This document shows positions 50,231 through 62,199 of a stretch of 64,000 bases of DNA, one piece after another; position 1 is the stretch's first letter; each line of letters starts with the position of its first letter. The notes beneath the pieces are model-generated. The model saw only the letters and a list, made by a program, of their open reading frames with translations, had not been told where the DNA came from and ran no database searches. The stretch lies in assembly GCF_001194135.2 (NCBI RefSeq), contig NC_068982.1:73303069-73367068 (forward strand), given 5' to 3'. A program made the translations under genes and the position numbers. The DNA is from Octopus bimaculoides (lineage: Eukaryota).

Positions 50231-51559
50231 CTTTCGTACAGAACACTCTCTCTTCAAGAGAGTACTTTAATACGAAAGTTATTTTTTCTTGAAAAATTTT
50301 ATTAAGGTTGTATTTCACCAATATATAACCATGATTACTACTGCTATAACGTATGTATGTATGTATGTATGTATGTATGTATGTATGTCATTATTTAGTT
50401 TTACTTTAAGATTTGTTGTCAATATAGAAAGGGTTGATTTCTAACCTAGATCCAAGGCTCCTGCATTGGAATTTCAACATCAACAGGGTATTTTTGTATG
50501 TATGTATGTATGTATGTATGTATGTATGTATGTGTGCAGGAAGTAAAAAAAAAGGTGAGGGAAGTGAAAGGTGGTAATAAATAAAAGTATTGACTCTCAG
50601 AGAAAGTCAAACTTAAAAAGGGGAGATGTTGGGGTGGAATCCGAACACCGTCGTGAAAGAATAAATGAACGGTTCCGAAATGTATAAATACGTAGAAGTT
50701 ATTAAGAAGAGAGATTATTGGTTTACATGTTGGTGATTTGAACAGATGGTGAATGAATATACAATAAGTCCGCAACTACATTAAAACATCATAATAGTAT
50801 GCATTATCATGCATATAGTTGCATGATTAGACATGCTCATATATACTTAAGTGATAAACTTCTGGAAAGTTTGACAGACTTTTACAGTTCCAATGATGGC
50901 TTGGATCAGTAATCTTCGAATCAGCTTTCTCCCNNNNNNNNNNNNNNNNNNNNNNNNNNNNNNNNNNNNNNNNNNNNNNNNNNNNNNNNNNNNNNNNNNN
51001 NNNNNNNNNNNNNNNNNNNNNNNNNNNNNNNNNNNNNNNNNNNNNNNNNNNNNNNNNNNNNNNNNNNNNNNNNNNNNNNNNNNNNNNNNNNNNNNNNNNN
51101 NNNNNNNNNNNNNNNNNNNNNNNNNNNNNNNNNNNNNNNNNNNNNNNNNNNNNNNNNNNNNNNNNNNNNNNNNNNNNNNNNNNNNNNNNNNNNNNNNNNN
51201 NNNNNNNNNNNNNNNNNNNNNNNNNNNNNNNNNNNNNNNNNNNNNNNNNNNNNNNNNNNNNNNNNNNNNNNNNNNNNNNNNNNNNNNNNNNNNNNNNNNN
51301 NNNNNNNNNNNNNNNNNNNNNNNNNNNNNNNNNNNNNNNNNNNNNNNNNNNNNNNNNNNNNNNNNNNNNNNNNNNNNNNNNNNNNNNNNNNNNNNNNNNN
51401 NNNNNNNNNNNNNNNNNNNNNNNNNNNNNNNNNNNNNNNNNNNNNNNNNNNNNNNNNNNNNNNNNNNNNNNNNNNNNNNNNNNNNNNNNNNNNNNNNNNN
51501 NNNNNNNNNNNNNNNNNNNNNNNNNNNNNNNNNNNNNNNNNNNNNNNNGTAAGATATTT

Positions 51560-52760
51560 GAGGACTGATTTATATTTATAAAAGAAAATCAGATATATAA
51601 TAACTTTATTAATTAAAAAATGCTATGAGAATAAAAATAAACCTTCTTTTCTATAATGTTATTCAATAAAGCCAACTTCAGCTTCAACAATTCATTCTAT
51701 ATGAGATCTAAATCGTCTACATGCTCGAATCAAGTGGTCCTGGTTCATTTTGGACATTACTCTGACTATGGCGGCTTTCAAAGAATCCTTGGTGTGATGG
51801 ACGTGTTCATTGGTCTCTTTCTCAGCAACACCCCACATGTAATAGTCCAATGGATTGCGATCCGGGAAATTAGGAGGCCAATGTTAGGGGATATGTGATC
51901 ATGAAAATTTTCAGCCATCCATTCCTGGTGTTACTAGAGCCATGTGTGATAGTGCAGAGTCTTACTGAAATACATATGGCCTTCCATTGCATACACTGTC
52001 TATCCAGGTCTAAAGTTATTTCCAGGACTTCAATGTAAGTGGCAAAGTTAACTCTAAGGCTTTGTGCAAAGAGGTAAGGAGGCATCACATGTCCTTCATG
52101 GCTGACAACCCCTAAAACCATGACAGTTGCAAGAAATTTTGAATGCATAACACTTGGAACTTCAGAAGGGTCTGCACATAACCATCTATCATTTCTTCTG
52201 TTGACTTTTTTATCTTGGTCGAAGTTTTTTTTTTTTCGTTTGAGAAAAATCAAATCAAGTCTTCTTCTGCTGGATTTTTCAGTTTGTTTAAGAGCCTTTT
52301 ATATCTGATGTTGTGATTTGCTTTTGCTTTTTCTTACAAACTGACCTTTCCTCATCATAAAAGACTTATATCTGATGTTTTCGTGGACAACATTTCTGAC
52401 AGTTCCTTCTGACATATGAAGATCTTTTGCAATTGACCTCATTTATTTTCTCTGAGATTGTAATCAATGGTCTGTTGGACTTGCTGGATAAATTCAGGTG
52501 TTCTGATGATTTCAGAGCGTTTAGAATGCTTTTTATGCTTTGATACTGGTGATATGTTTCCATCTTCAGTCTCTAGCTCCATACAAACTTTGTAGACGAA
52601 AGATCTGGTAACTTTTGAAAATTGAGAAATTTCCAAATCATTATGCTCAGCCTTTATAACCACAATAACAACATGCCTCTTCATTTCTTGAGTAAACTGA
52701 GTGTCTGCCATTATTATTTTCTGAAACAAAGATTATACAGAGTTAGTAAAAAATGCAGCA
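51560..52760 (-). mobile_element. DD37D (maT-like) element, second subfamily, decayed transposase at about 52711-51645
   Basis: MKRHVVIV, RTPEFIQQVQ, NRRNDRWL...VMVLGVVSHEGHVMPPY and GRPYVFQ*DSA. Confidence 0.85.
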
Positions 52761-52770
52761 ATGACCCAAA

Positions 52771-52810
<40 letters not shown>

Positions 52811-53194
52811 NNNNNNNNNNNNNNNNNNNNNNNNNNNNNNNNNNNNNNNNNNNNNNNNNNNNNNNNNNNNNNNNNNNNNNNNNNNNNNNNNNNNNNNNNN
52901 NNNNNNNNNNNNNNNNNNNNNNNNNNNNNNNNNNNNNNNNNNNNNNNNNNNNNNNNNNNNNNNNNNNNNNNNNNNNNNNNNNNNNNNNNNNNNNNNNNNN
53001 NNNNNNNNNNNNNNNNNNNNNNNNNNNNNNNNNNNNNNNNNNNNNNNNNNNNNNNNNNNNNNNNNNNNNNNNNNNNNNNNNNNNNNNNNNNNNNNNNNNN
53101 NNNNNNNNNNNNNNNNNNNNNNNNNNNNNNNNNNNNNNNNNNNNNNNNNNNNNNNNNNNNNNNNNNNNNNNNNNNNNNNNNNNNNNNNNNNNNN

Positions 53195-53265
<71 letters not shown>

Positions 53266-54137
53266 GATAGATGGGTGGGTGGGTGGTTGCTTGGGGTAGT
53301 TGGAGAGATTAGCCTGTTTTTTATATACATATTCGTGCGTATTTTTTCTTTCCGCATGACCTGTGTAACAATGTAAGAAAGATAACTCTTAAAAGTCTCG
53401 TATTGTAAAGAGTTGTCTAACATTAACCGTTAGACAAGATTGTTTGCTTTTTTTTAGTTTCATTGATTTTTTACAATCAGTAAATTTATTATTTTTCATT
53501 CACTTATTCATTAATAGGCATCCAAGAAGATATAGAAAGTAGATGAATACATCTATTTATATTTAATTTTATCATTGTATTTTATGTATCAAATCAGTGG
53601 AATTTGAACTCAGAACGGAAAAAGATAGATGAAATGCCACTAAGCATTTTGCCCGACGTGCTAACAATTCTGCCACATATTGTTTGACACCAGATGTGGT
53701 ATGAAAATAATAACCCACGGGTCGATTAGAGAGAGAGAGAGAGAGGAGTAAATTTGAATATGATACAATTCAGACGAAAACAGCAAATTATCAGAAGCTA
53801 AATACTGTAAAATTTACAGTTTACTGGAGGTGGTGGATCGGTTAAATTTTTTATGATGAAGCAGAAATTTCAAAACGAAAATATATGCTTGTCCTTTCGC
53901 ATTCGATAAAATAAGTCCTAGTACAACGGACTAGAAATATTCCCACCAGTAAGCGGTGTTATAACTAATCACAAAGAAAACAAAAATTATTGTCTGCGTC
54001 ATACATATTGAAAATATCTTATTTAGAGAACTTGGTTAAAAACTAAACTGAGTGGTGTTTATGTATGTTGTTGTTCAGTTTTATTTCAAGATTTCTGTAT
54101 GTATGTATGTATGTATGTGTATAAATATGTGTCAGAC

Positions 54138-54181
<44 letters not shown>

Positions 54182-54978
54182 CGACCGACAGACAGATGGC
54201 TACCAGCTTGTAGCTTTCGCATGTATGATCATTATGTTTATTGTCATATTACGTTCAGTTTGATCGTCGACCCACTTAGGAACCATTCGATGTTGAGCAT
54301 CATGTCAGATCTTTAGTAAAAGTACAGCAATGTCATGACAGTTAACTAGCTGCTGGGGCATTGAATCTAATTTTGTATTTATCAGGTATTCTGCCCACTG
54401 TAGACGTTGCAAATTTCACTGTTTTTACAAAAAGGCTGAATTTTTGGCTCCTGCAACAAACCTTTGTAAAGTCTAACGGCCAGTGCGATCCATTTACGAT
54501 TCCTTTTGGCTCTAATGCCTTCGCTTCCAGTTGATGGTTTCTTATGAGTCATGAAGAACATGAGCAATGCATTATACTTTATGCTTTTTGAGTTAAATTC
54601 AACAGAAGTGAAGATAAACATGAAATAGCTGAATCTGATAGAAGTTGTGATGTCCTACCACCGCGAAATTGCCTGTATTACTTGTCCAGGTGCAAGGATG
54701 GAAATAAGAAAATGAAACCGGTGTAGTATCAAAAGATGGAAGTTGTACGATATAAGAGCAAATACTGGGTAATTAAAAGTAGTAACAAGATCCACAACAC
54801 GCAAGAATGTTGAAAACCATAATAAACAAGGTAAGTTGAATTGTTTGCACGCTCAAACAAGGTTGATTAAAAGAGAGGGCAGATGTTCTTAGCTGTAATG
54901 TTAAGGTCAATGAAAACAAATAGGTAAGGGAAGAAAAGGGCGCGAAAAGGAGTTGGCAAGAATATTGAGAACAATGAG

Positions 54979-55428
54979 AGGCGCAGGAGTGGCTGTTCGG
55001 TAAGTAGCTTGCTTACCAACCACATGGTTCCGGGTTCAGTCCCACTGCGTGGCACCTTGGGCAAGTGTCTTCTACTATAGCCTCGGGCCGACCAAAGCCT
55101 TGTCAGTGGATTTGGTAGACGGAAACTGAAAGAAGCCCGTCGTATATATGTATATATATNNNNNNNNNNNNNNNNNNNNNNNNNNNNNNNNNNNNNNNNN
55201 NNNNNNNNNNNNNNNNNNNNNNNNNNATATATATATATTTGTGTGTCTGTGTTTGTCCCCCCACCATCGCTTGACAACCGATGCTGGTGTGTTTACGTCC
55301 CCGTAACTTAGCGGTTCGGCAAAAAGAGACCGATAGAATAAGTACTAGGCTTACAAAGAATAAGTCCTGGGGTTGATTTGCTAAAGGCGGTGCTCCAGCA
55401 TGGCCGCAGTCAAATGACTGAAACAAAT
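54979..55428 (+). mobile_element. Full-length tRNA-derived SINE family A (CORE-like) with internal (TA)n
   Basis: A-box TGGCTGTTCGG, B-box GGTTCAGTCCC, CORE-like CCTTGGGCAAGT, internal microsatellite and gap, 3' part ending TGACTGAAACAAAT; possible AATGAG TSD. Confidence 0.92.
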
Positions 55429-55507
55429 AAATGAGTAAATGAAAAATAAAAAGGTTGTATCAAACAGTTGCGATGAGGTTATCCAGTTCCAGAAAGAGTA
55501 ATGTAAC

Positions 55508-55677
55508 CATGCCCGTCGCTAAGGGGATACACTAGACGGTACTGCCCCTTCACTATTCAATGGTGCACCTTCGGATTTATTCCACTTTAGTGACTCCACT
55601 TTAGCGTTATTACAAATTAGTGTCCACCCAGAATATTCCGAAGCACCTCCGGGCGCCCAAGTCTGGCAACGGGTCTG
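55508..55677. mobile_element. hAT-like MITE
   Basis: Imperfect 15 bp TIRs (CATGCCCGTCGCTAA and CAGACCCGTTGCCAG); 8 bp flanks AATGTAAC and GATGTACC match at 6 of 8. Confidence 0.55.
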
Positions 55678-55916
55678 GATGTACCAACAACAATGAGTCT
55701 TTCTGGCACTTTCTTTTTCTTTCTCTTTCATGGAGGTAGCAAAGCATTCAGCGATTTATTGCCTACTTGTAAAACAGCCAACAGGTTTACTTCGCTCAAG
55801 CAACTGCTCTACAGCAAGAACAAAGTACAAAGGACACAATGCTTATTATCTTTTCTCGAGGTGTGTTAGTATAAAGCTTTGGCTAAAACATCGGTGTACT
55901 ATCAGGTTCTACCCTA

Positions 55917-56568
55917 CTATGCATGGGATAACAAGCAATGGAGGAGGAGGAGGAGGAGGGTGTGAAGGGGAGGATGGGGAAGAAGAAGAAGAGTATGGCA
56001 TGGGTTCTTTGTCATCAGAGATCTGAAACACATACAGACGTACACACACGCACACGCACACATATACACACACCACAGACACACACATATACACACGCAC
56101 ATGAACGCATATATACCTCCCACACACACAACACACTCATACATACATGCACACAATTACACATATACGGGCATATCTACACGCACAGGAACGCACATAT
56201 AACTCCACACAAATCCCACGCACACACACGCAGATACACCACACACAAAACACGCACACACACACACACACAACATATACGTGCACGCACACATACTTCA
56301 AACTGCCAGTCAAATACCTTTCTACTGACCATTCCTCTACGCACATGTGAAGAGATACACAACTACATGTTACCATGCTGCTGAATTCTTCCTACAACAT
56401 TAACAGACACAAAGTTCACTCCCACATACACATATAAACAGCCAACACCACACACATCACACACACACATGCTATTACACACATACACAGACTTACCTCC
56501 TTCTCTCATTCTTGCGCTTTGCACCAGAGGTCTTCCGTGACAGCCCAGCAGCTTTCTTGGGTGACATT
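55917..56568 (-). CDS. Candidate two-exon micro-ORF (exons 56568-56497 and 56022-55917; 58 aa), possibly a transposon-derived N-terminus
   Basis: Exon 1 is flanked by TTTTCCATTTCATTACAG and AG|GTAAGT and encodes MSPKKAAGLSRKTSGAKRKNERR. Exon 2 follows TGTGTTTCAG and is in frame to a TAG. No expression evidence. Confidence 0.3.
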
Positions 56569-56913
56569 CTGTAATGAAATGGAAAATATGACGTTGCAAC
56601 TACTTGTAGTGGATATGTATCTTGTCGTAGTGAGTTGGTCTGTTGGGTTTGAATAAACTGCAGAGACTCGGTAATCGGAGTATAATTCATGTATTTAGCA
56701 TAAATGATACTGCGTTGATCGGACATCGAAACATATCACTACATTACAAACGTGTATAACTAGCTACGAGTTATATGCAGAGAAAGCATGTATTTGGTTC
56801 AGCTTGGTTGATAGCAGTGAAAACCGCTGTTCTGGGTCGTTGCATATCTTGGCTGAGTTGATAGCAGTTAAAACCGCTGTTAGTACGTGCGAGTCAGAAA
56901 CTAGATTCAGACT

Positions 56914-57305
56914 TAAATCTTTATTATGATCACTACGGATCGAACATAGATGAGGACAGCACAGCCCTCAAAAGAGCCATCCGTCTTGAGTCCATTAGAT
57001 TTAGCAAACAGCTAAGTTTAGATAGGACTAGACTAGAGGGTGACTTAGTCAAGAGCCTAGACGAGGCAATGGAATCTGGCTCCGCACCTGGAGTGGTGGC
57101 GGCGAGAACGGTCCTGTACCGTCACCTCAATGCCAAACATGAAGAGTGCCGAGTTAGAGAGCTAAGGTACGCGCCGGGAAAAGAGAAGGTATTAACGTAG
57201 CCAGATGGGCTTGTCATGTGGAGTGTCAGAAAGGCAAAAAGTCCTGTATTGAGTCGCAAGATCTATGGACAGGAGGAGATGCGAAAGGTTTTTCACCAGC
57301 ATTTT
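56914..57305 (+). mobile_element. Internal L1/Tx1-like ORF2 fragment flanked by a 16 bp direct repeat
   Basis: ALKRAIRLESIRFSKQL...HLNAKHEECRVR...MRKVFHQHF; AAACTAGATTCAGACT at 56898-56913 and 57306-57321. Confidence 0.65.
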
Positions 57306-58137
57306 AAACTAGATTCAGACTGCCCATCTACTGTTCCGAGTTGTATTTATAGTTAACAGCAAGGTAGACGATCTAATTTTAGCTATGGTGAAATTCTGCT
57401 GCTGCTTTACAAAAAGGGCGCCAATTTAAGGTTTTCACTAAAGGAGCTGTCAATCTATTTTTAGCTATGATAAAATCTTAACTAACTCAATTTACGGCTA
57501 TAAGGTGTCCGTTACATACTAGTGGATTACCGACCTTACTAAATTTTATTTAATTGTTGTACTATAGCTTTTCTCGCTTACGAGTCGAATTCTGCCAAGA
57601 ATATCTAAAATCTATACTAATATTCTCGGCCCTATGTGTGTGTGTCTCTCTCTCTCTCTCTTCTGACCAAACCAATGGACCAAATCGAACCAATATAGAC
57701 CGTAGGCAAGGTAATGTACCGAGGAGTGTTCTTAGCATAGTCCGGTTACTATCGGACTTCCGACTGGTGAGATAACCTCTTAATTTCATCTAATCCGAAC
57801 ACGCCAACATTCTTCTTTCGTATAAATCACAAATTGAATACCAACAATTGAATATCTGAAAAACTGACACGCCTCCAAAACACAAAACCCAGGACACTCC
57901 TTCCAGAACCAACAACCGCAGAAGAGAAGTGATTGACATAACTGCCCCGCAACGAAACCTAAAGCTCATTAAAACATCAAGAATATCCATTTGTACTTTT
58001 CGATTTTTGTTCGCCCGCCAAAATTAACCGATTCGAGTTGAAACTTAATGATGCAAGGGAGACAACCTCAACAAAACTGTGTGCTTAGCCATTGCATAGT
58101 TGGCGGTTATCACTCGGATAGTTATTACTAAACTATC

Positions 58138-58330
58138 AAGGCGGCGAGCTGGCAGAATCGTTAGCGCGCTGGCCCGTCGCTGCGTTGAGTTCAAATTCCG
58201 CAGAGGTAGACTTTTCTTTCATCCCTTCTGGGTCGATAATTAAGTGCCAGTGTAACACTAGAGTCGATATAATCGACTAGCCCCCATTCTCAAAATTTGA
58301 GGCCCTGTACCTATAGCAAAAAGGATTACC
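58138..58330 (+). mobile_element. SINE family B, internally deleted
   Basis: Head AAGGCGGCGAGCTGGCAGAATCGTTAGC plus core and tail. Confidence 0.85.
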
Positions 58331-58696
58331 ATTAACCTATCGGTTTAATTCTAGGTCGAAAGGCAATACGGTCAGTACGAATGGCTATTGTTTCTAGCAA
58401 GCACGATGTTTTTGGGAGTGGGTACCCTAGTTTGAGGACGTAAATTTGCAGTAGCCCGACTATTAAGCGTAGCACTGGTGTGCCGCCCCTACTTCTTCCA
58501 AGCAAAGCGCGAAGTCCAGTCAAGCGTCGCTCGATGTTGGTATTCCAGCTAAATCTCTGAAATTGACGAGGTCGTGGCTACAATACTTTTTCATGAAAAG
58601 CTTTAATTTAGATAACTATTATGTTTATAAGCTTTTCTTCCTGCTAAATCTAATAAACCGCCTTTTTTTTAAACGCCATTGTTCACGTTCGTTACA

Positions 58697-58702
58697 TTTA
58701 TT
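58697..58702 (-). terminator. Candidate polyadenylation signal (AATAAA) for the H1 mRNA
   Basis: First canonical AATAAA I found on the minus strand downstream of the H1 stop, about 1.25 kb away. No histone stem-loop follows the stop. Confidence 0.4.
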
Positions 58703-59513
58703 TCATACCTTAAAGATATGAAAATGATTGGAGCCAGCTGTTGTCTAGTCGTGGTCCAAATTTCACCGTTCGCAAATAACCTGAAAGTCGAAAAATATGG
58801 TGAATGTTGATCATGCAGTCTTATTTGTTCAAGTCTTTAACGCCCTAGATTTTTCCCGCTTTGGGTTGTTCATACCAAAGACTATCGTTTTGTTTTGTGT
58901 TGTTTTTTTCGAAAGGACTGGTTTGCCTATTTCTAGTAAGGTGGAACGTGTAAAACGAATGTCAAATGGTGTAAATGCGACTTCGATTTAAAAGCCTCGT
59001 TTCTTGAAACCAGAGCCCTTGGTACGAACTACCCAAGATTTGGCTTATTATAAGCAAGTATTGAGTAAACTGACCAGCCAAATCGACACCCGAGCATTTC
59101 TTAGGTGCCTGCAAGAGATGATCAGCCTATGGGTGATGGTCTCATGGGTTAAACTAGAAAAATGCAATTGCGGTTTCTTTTCCTACTGTATGTGTCGAGT
59201 CCATAGAACGATTTATACACTGAACATAGCCTTCATGAAAAGCCATTCCAGCTGTAACTTATCTCACTCTTGTCCCTGAAAACCTAACATGCAGAACTAA
59301 ACAGTCAAAGGTTGAACGCAGAAGTGGAAGGTTAACACCAATAATATACATCAAGGTTAAACACTTCTTCATTCAGTAAAATTACAAGTAATTGCTCCAT
59401 TTCTGAAATAGACGGTTAGTTTTAGCAAAGTTTCAAAGGACAATATTTATATAGCGTAAATGTCACTGCAACAAAAATTCTGAAAAACAAAGGCTGCAGG
59501 ATTCTGAAAAGTA

Positions 59514-59636
59514 CAATAATCCCTCGCCATGCGTCGATTCCTCTGGTGTTTTTGCATTTATAAAACATATACAAATTTTTAAAATATAGAAAAACAATTT
59601 TGGAACGTAACACCCGCGATAGTCGAGGGATTACTA
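59514..59636. mobile_element. pogo/Tigger-like MITE
   Basis: TIRs CAATAATCCCTCG and CGAGGGATTACTA with TA flanks. Confidence 0.6.
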
Positions 59637-59946
59637 TATCAATAAAAAGCGTGCGAAAAAAACAACAGAAACGAATTTAGCTTAAATGAAGTTTTATATA
59701 TATATATATAGATCTTTGAAGAGCGATTTGAAAAGTTCAGAAACCAAACCAAAACACGCTCGATTAATGACAAATGAATATTTACAGATGAAAAATGTAT
59801 GAATGTTAATAAAGTTCATGATGGGGCTGATGAGGCGATTGTGGAAATGGTGTTTGATGAATGAGTTGAAGCATTGATGACAATTATTTTATACAATTAG
59901 ATATTTACAAGTCTGTAATAAAGTCTTTTTTTTTTGTAAAGTTCAT

Positions 59947-60522
59947 TTACTTTTTCTTGGCTGCACCCTTCTTGACAGGCTTCTTCTTGGGGGCGGTTTT
60001 CTTAACGGCGGTTTTCTTAACAGCGGGTTTCTTAACAGTTGTCTTCTTAGCTTTCTTTGGGCTTTTAGTTTTCGTGGCTGTTTTCTTAGCTGCCTTCTTT
60101 GGTGTGCTTTTCTTTGCTTTCTTGGCGCCACCTTTCTTAGCGGCTGGCTTAACTTTCTTCACTTTTGGTTTAGAAGTTGTCGGCTTCTTCTTCTTGGTCT
60201 CTTCTTTTTTACCAGCAACTTTAAAAGAACCAGAAGCTCCAGTTCCTCTCGGCTGTTTCAGAGTATTGTTGGCGACACCTCTCCTAATCGCCATTTTAAT
60301 TTGTTTCAGGACGACATTATCTTGGATAGATACGCTGTAGTTGGCACCAATGTATTTGACGATCGCCTGGCGAGAGAGACCCTTTCTTTCTCCGCTCTTC
60401 ACAATGGCTTCCTTAATCATATCACTGTAGGGAGGATGGCTCGAAGTTTTCTTTACCTTCTTTGCTTTTTTAGCTTTGGGAGCAGCGGGAGCGGGAGCGG
60501 CTGGTGCAGCAGCATCAGACAT
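59947..60522 (-). CDS. H1: Linker histone H1, 191 aa, intronless; H1.0/H5-like (replication-independent type by inference)
   Basis: Intact ORF with Ala/Pro/Lys N-tail, winged-helix globular domain (SHPPYSDMIKEAI...SRQAIVKYI...QIKMAIRRGV...LKQPRGTGASGSFKV) and Lys-rich C-tail with TPKK/SPKK motifs. No core histone genes in the window. Confidence 0.97.
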   Translation of the reverse strand: MSDAAAPAAPAPAAPKAKKAKKVKKTSSHPPYSDMIKEAIVKSGERKGLSRQAIVKYIGANYSVSIQDNVVLKQIKMAIRRGVANNTLKQPRGTGASGSFKVAGKKEETKKKKPTTSKPKVKKVKPAAKKGGAKKAKKSTPKKAAKKTATKTKSPKKAKKTTVKKPAVKKTAVKKTAPKKKPVKKGAAKKK

Positions 60523-60523
60523 G

Positions 60524-60617
60524 ATTGATCAGTTAATAGATATATATGTAGAAAAATGAAAATCCTNNNNNNNNNNATTGATCAGTTTAGATATATATGT
60601 AGAAAAATGAAAATCCT
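60524..60617. other. Assembly artefact: overlap duplicated across a 10-N gap
   Basis: 60524-60566 and 60577-60617 are the same sequence except for a 2 bp indel. Confidence 0.85.
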
Positions 60618-60719
60618 TTGGTGAGGACCAAAATTCGGATTACGAAGCTGCTTGGTAAGTTTACAAGAACAAACGTCAAGTGATTGGCATAAGTTTATCA
60701 CTTCGTAACGTTGAACGCT

Positions 60720-60812
60720 TATTTATACATTACGCGCGGACGTAGTAGTAATCACATCAACAGTGCGACCACCAACTACAAATATGGCAGCCAAAATATC
60801 ACAACTGTGTTT
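60720..60812 (-). promoter_or_regulatory. H1 promoter: TATA box (TATAAATA, 60727-60720) and H1/AC-box (AAACACA, 60812-60806)
   Basis: Both motifs read directly on the minus strand. The AC-box lies about 80 nt upstream of TATA, the arrangement known from H1 genes. Confidence 0.75.
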
Positions 60813-61954
60813 TTTGTCTATATGTTTCTGGTGTAAACTACTGGAACTTCTTAACAAAACCTAACCAATTCACTGATAATCTAAAGAAAAGACATGTGGC
60901 TACATTTTACCGTAGAAATTCTGTTTCAGAGACACTTCTGGCATATAATATTACCATAAATATGTTGTGTTGTCTACTCCGAAAAATTACAGTAGGCTAC
61001 AATCAAGGCCAAATTTTAAGCTTTTTATTGATCCGTTCAAATTTTTTTAAGTTAAAATTCCAAAGAATGGTAATATCTGATATTTGTTTTTGTAAATTCA
61101 TTCTCCTAGATGACAATTCAAGTCAGATACGAGGGGTCTGATTGCATCAACAAACACAATTTTTAGATACCGATCCGCCATTTTCTCTTTTAACAATTTT
61201 CAGTCGATAAAAATATTGTCTTAATATTTTGCTAAAAACATCATTTTTGGCCTTAAGTAGTAACACGATTGTATTTTTTTTTATGTTTCTTATGTAAAAG
61301 GTTAAATAAATTTATTATTATGTACCTTTAGTCAGTTTTAATGACCAGAAACCTGGCTTATACTTCACATACACTGCAAACAACACAGTACATAGACGTA
61401 ACCAGCTAAGTTCAAATATGTCACAAAATTTTTCTGTTATAAATTAATAAATTGTTTCAAAATATATTTTCATTATAGAAAGTGATTGTTGAGTGTCTTC
61501 CTCTTTTCTCTAGTATTTCATTCAATTGCATATTTTTTACAGATTTACAGTGAAAGCAACGTATTCGTGTATATTGTATTTTTCCGACTGAAGAGAGACA
61601 AAACTTAGTTTTCATCCATGGTATCGTCAGTCTTCTATAATTAAAACCACTTTATTTTTCGAATGATTTCTCTAGTTATAAGCAAATTATTTTCACATAT
61701 TATTTTTCACTGCTATAATAAATTGTTGTAGAACTCAAGTCAGCATTTAAATTATTTACAAAGACTAATTAATTAGCCAAAGATTTTGAGATCTACAAAC
61801 ATTGTTTACCTCACTTTTACAAAGATATCTTCTACTCTATAATTTGGTTACATTTCCATACTCTCTGGATCCAGTGTTATTTCACTGAAAATGAGACAAA
61901 TATAATAGGAAATACTGGATACATACATGCACACACATACATAAATATATATCC

Positions 61955-61989
<35 letters not shown>

Positions 61990-62160
61990 CACACACACAT
62001 AAATATGTATACATCTATACATACATATACATTAATGTATACATACGTACATATGTATACATGTATATATATGTGTGTATACATATATATATGTACATAT
62101 ATAATGTGTGTATATATATATATGTGTGTGTGTGTGCATATATATATGGGTGTGTGCGTG

Positions 62161-62199
<39 letters not shown>

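Noticed and set aside
1767-56599. Dozens of ORF-track entries rich in YI, VC, HT, LS, ER or X
   Set aside because: They are translations of microsatellites, low-complexity tracts or N gaps, not genes.
59943-60528. Alternative-frame and antisense ORFs over H1 (59943-60131, 59957-60340, 60301-60528)
   Set aside because: Shadow ORFs caused by the biased Lys/Ala codon content of H1.
39000-60660. Isolated GTAAGT donor-like motifs (about 39023, 54831, 60656)
   Set aside because: No matching acceptor or coherent reading frame; expected by chance at this AT content.
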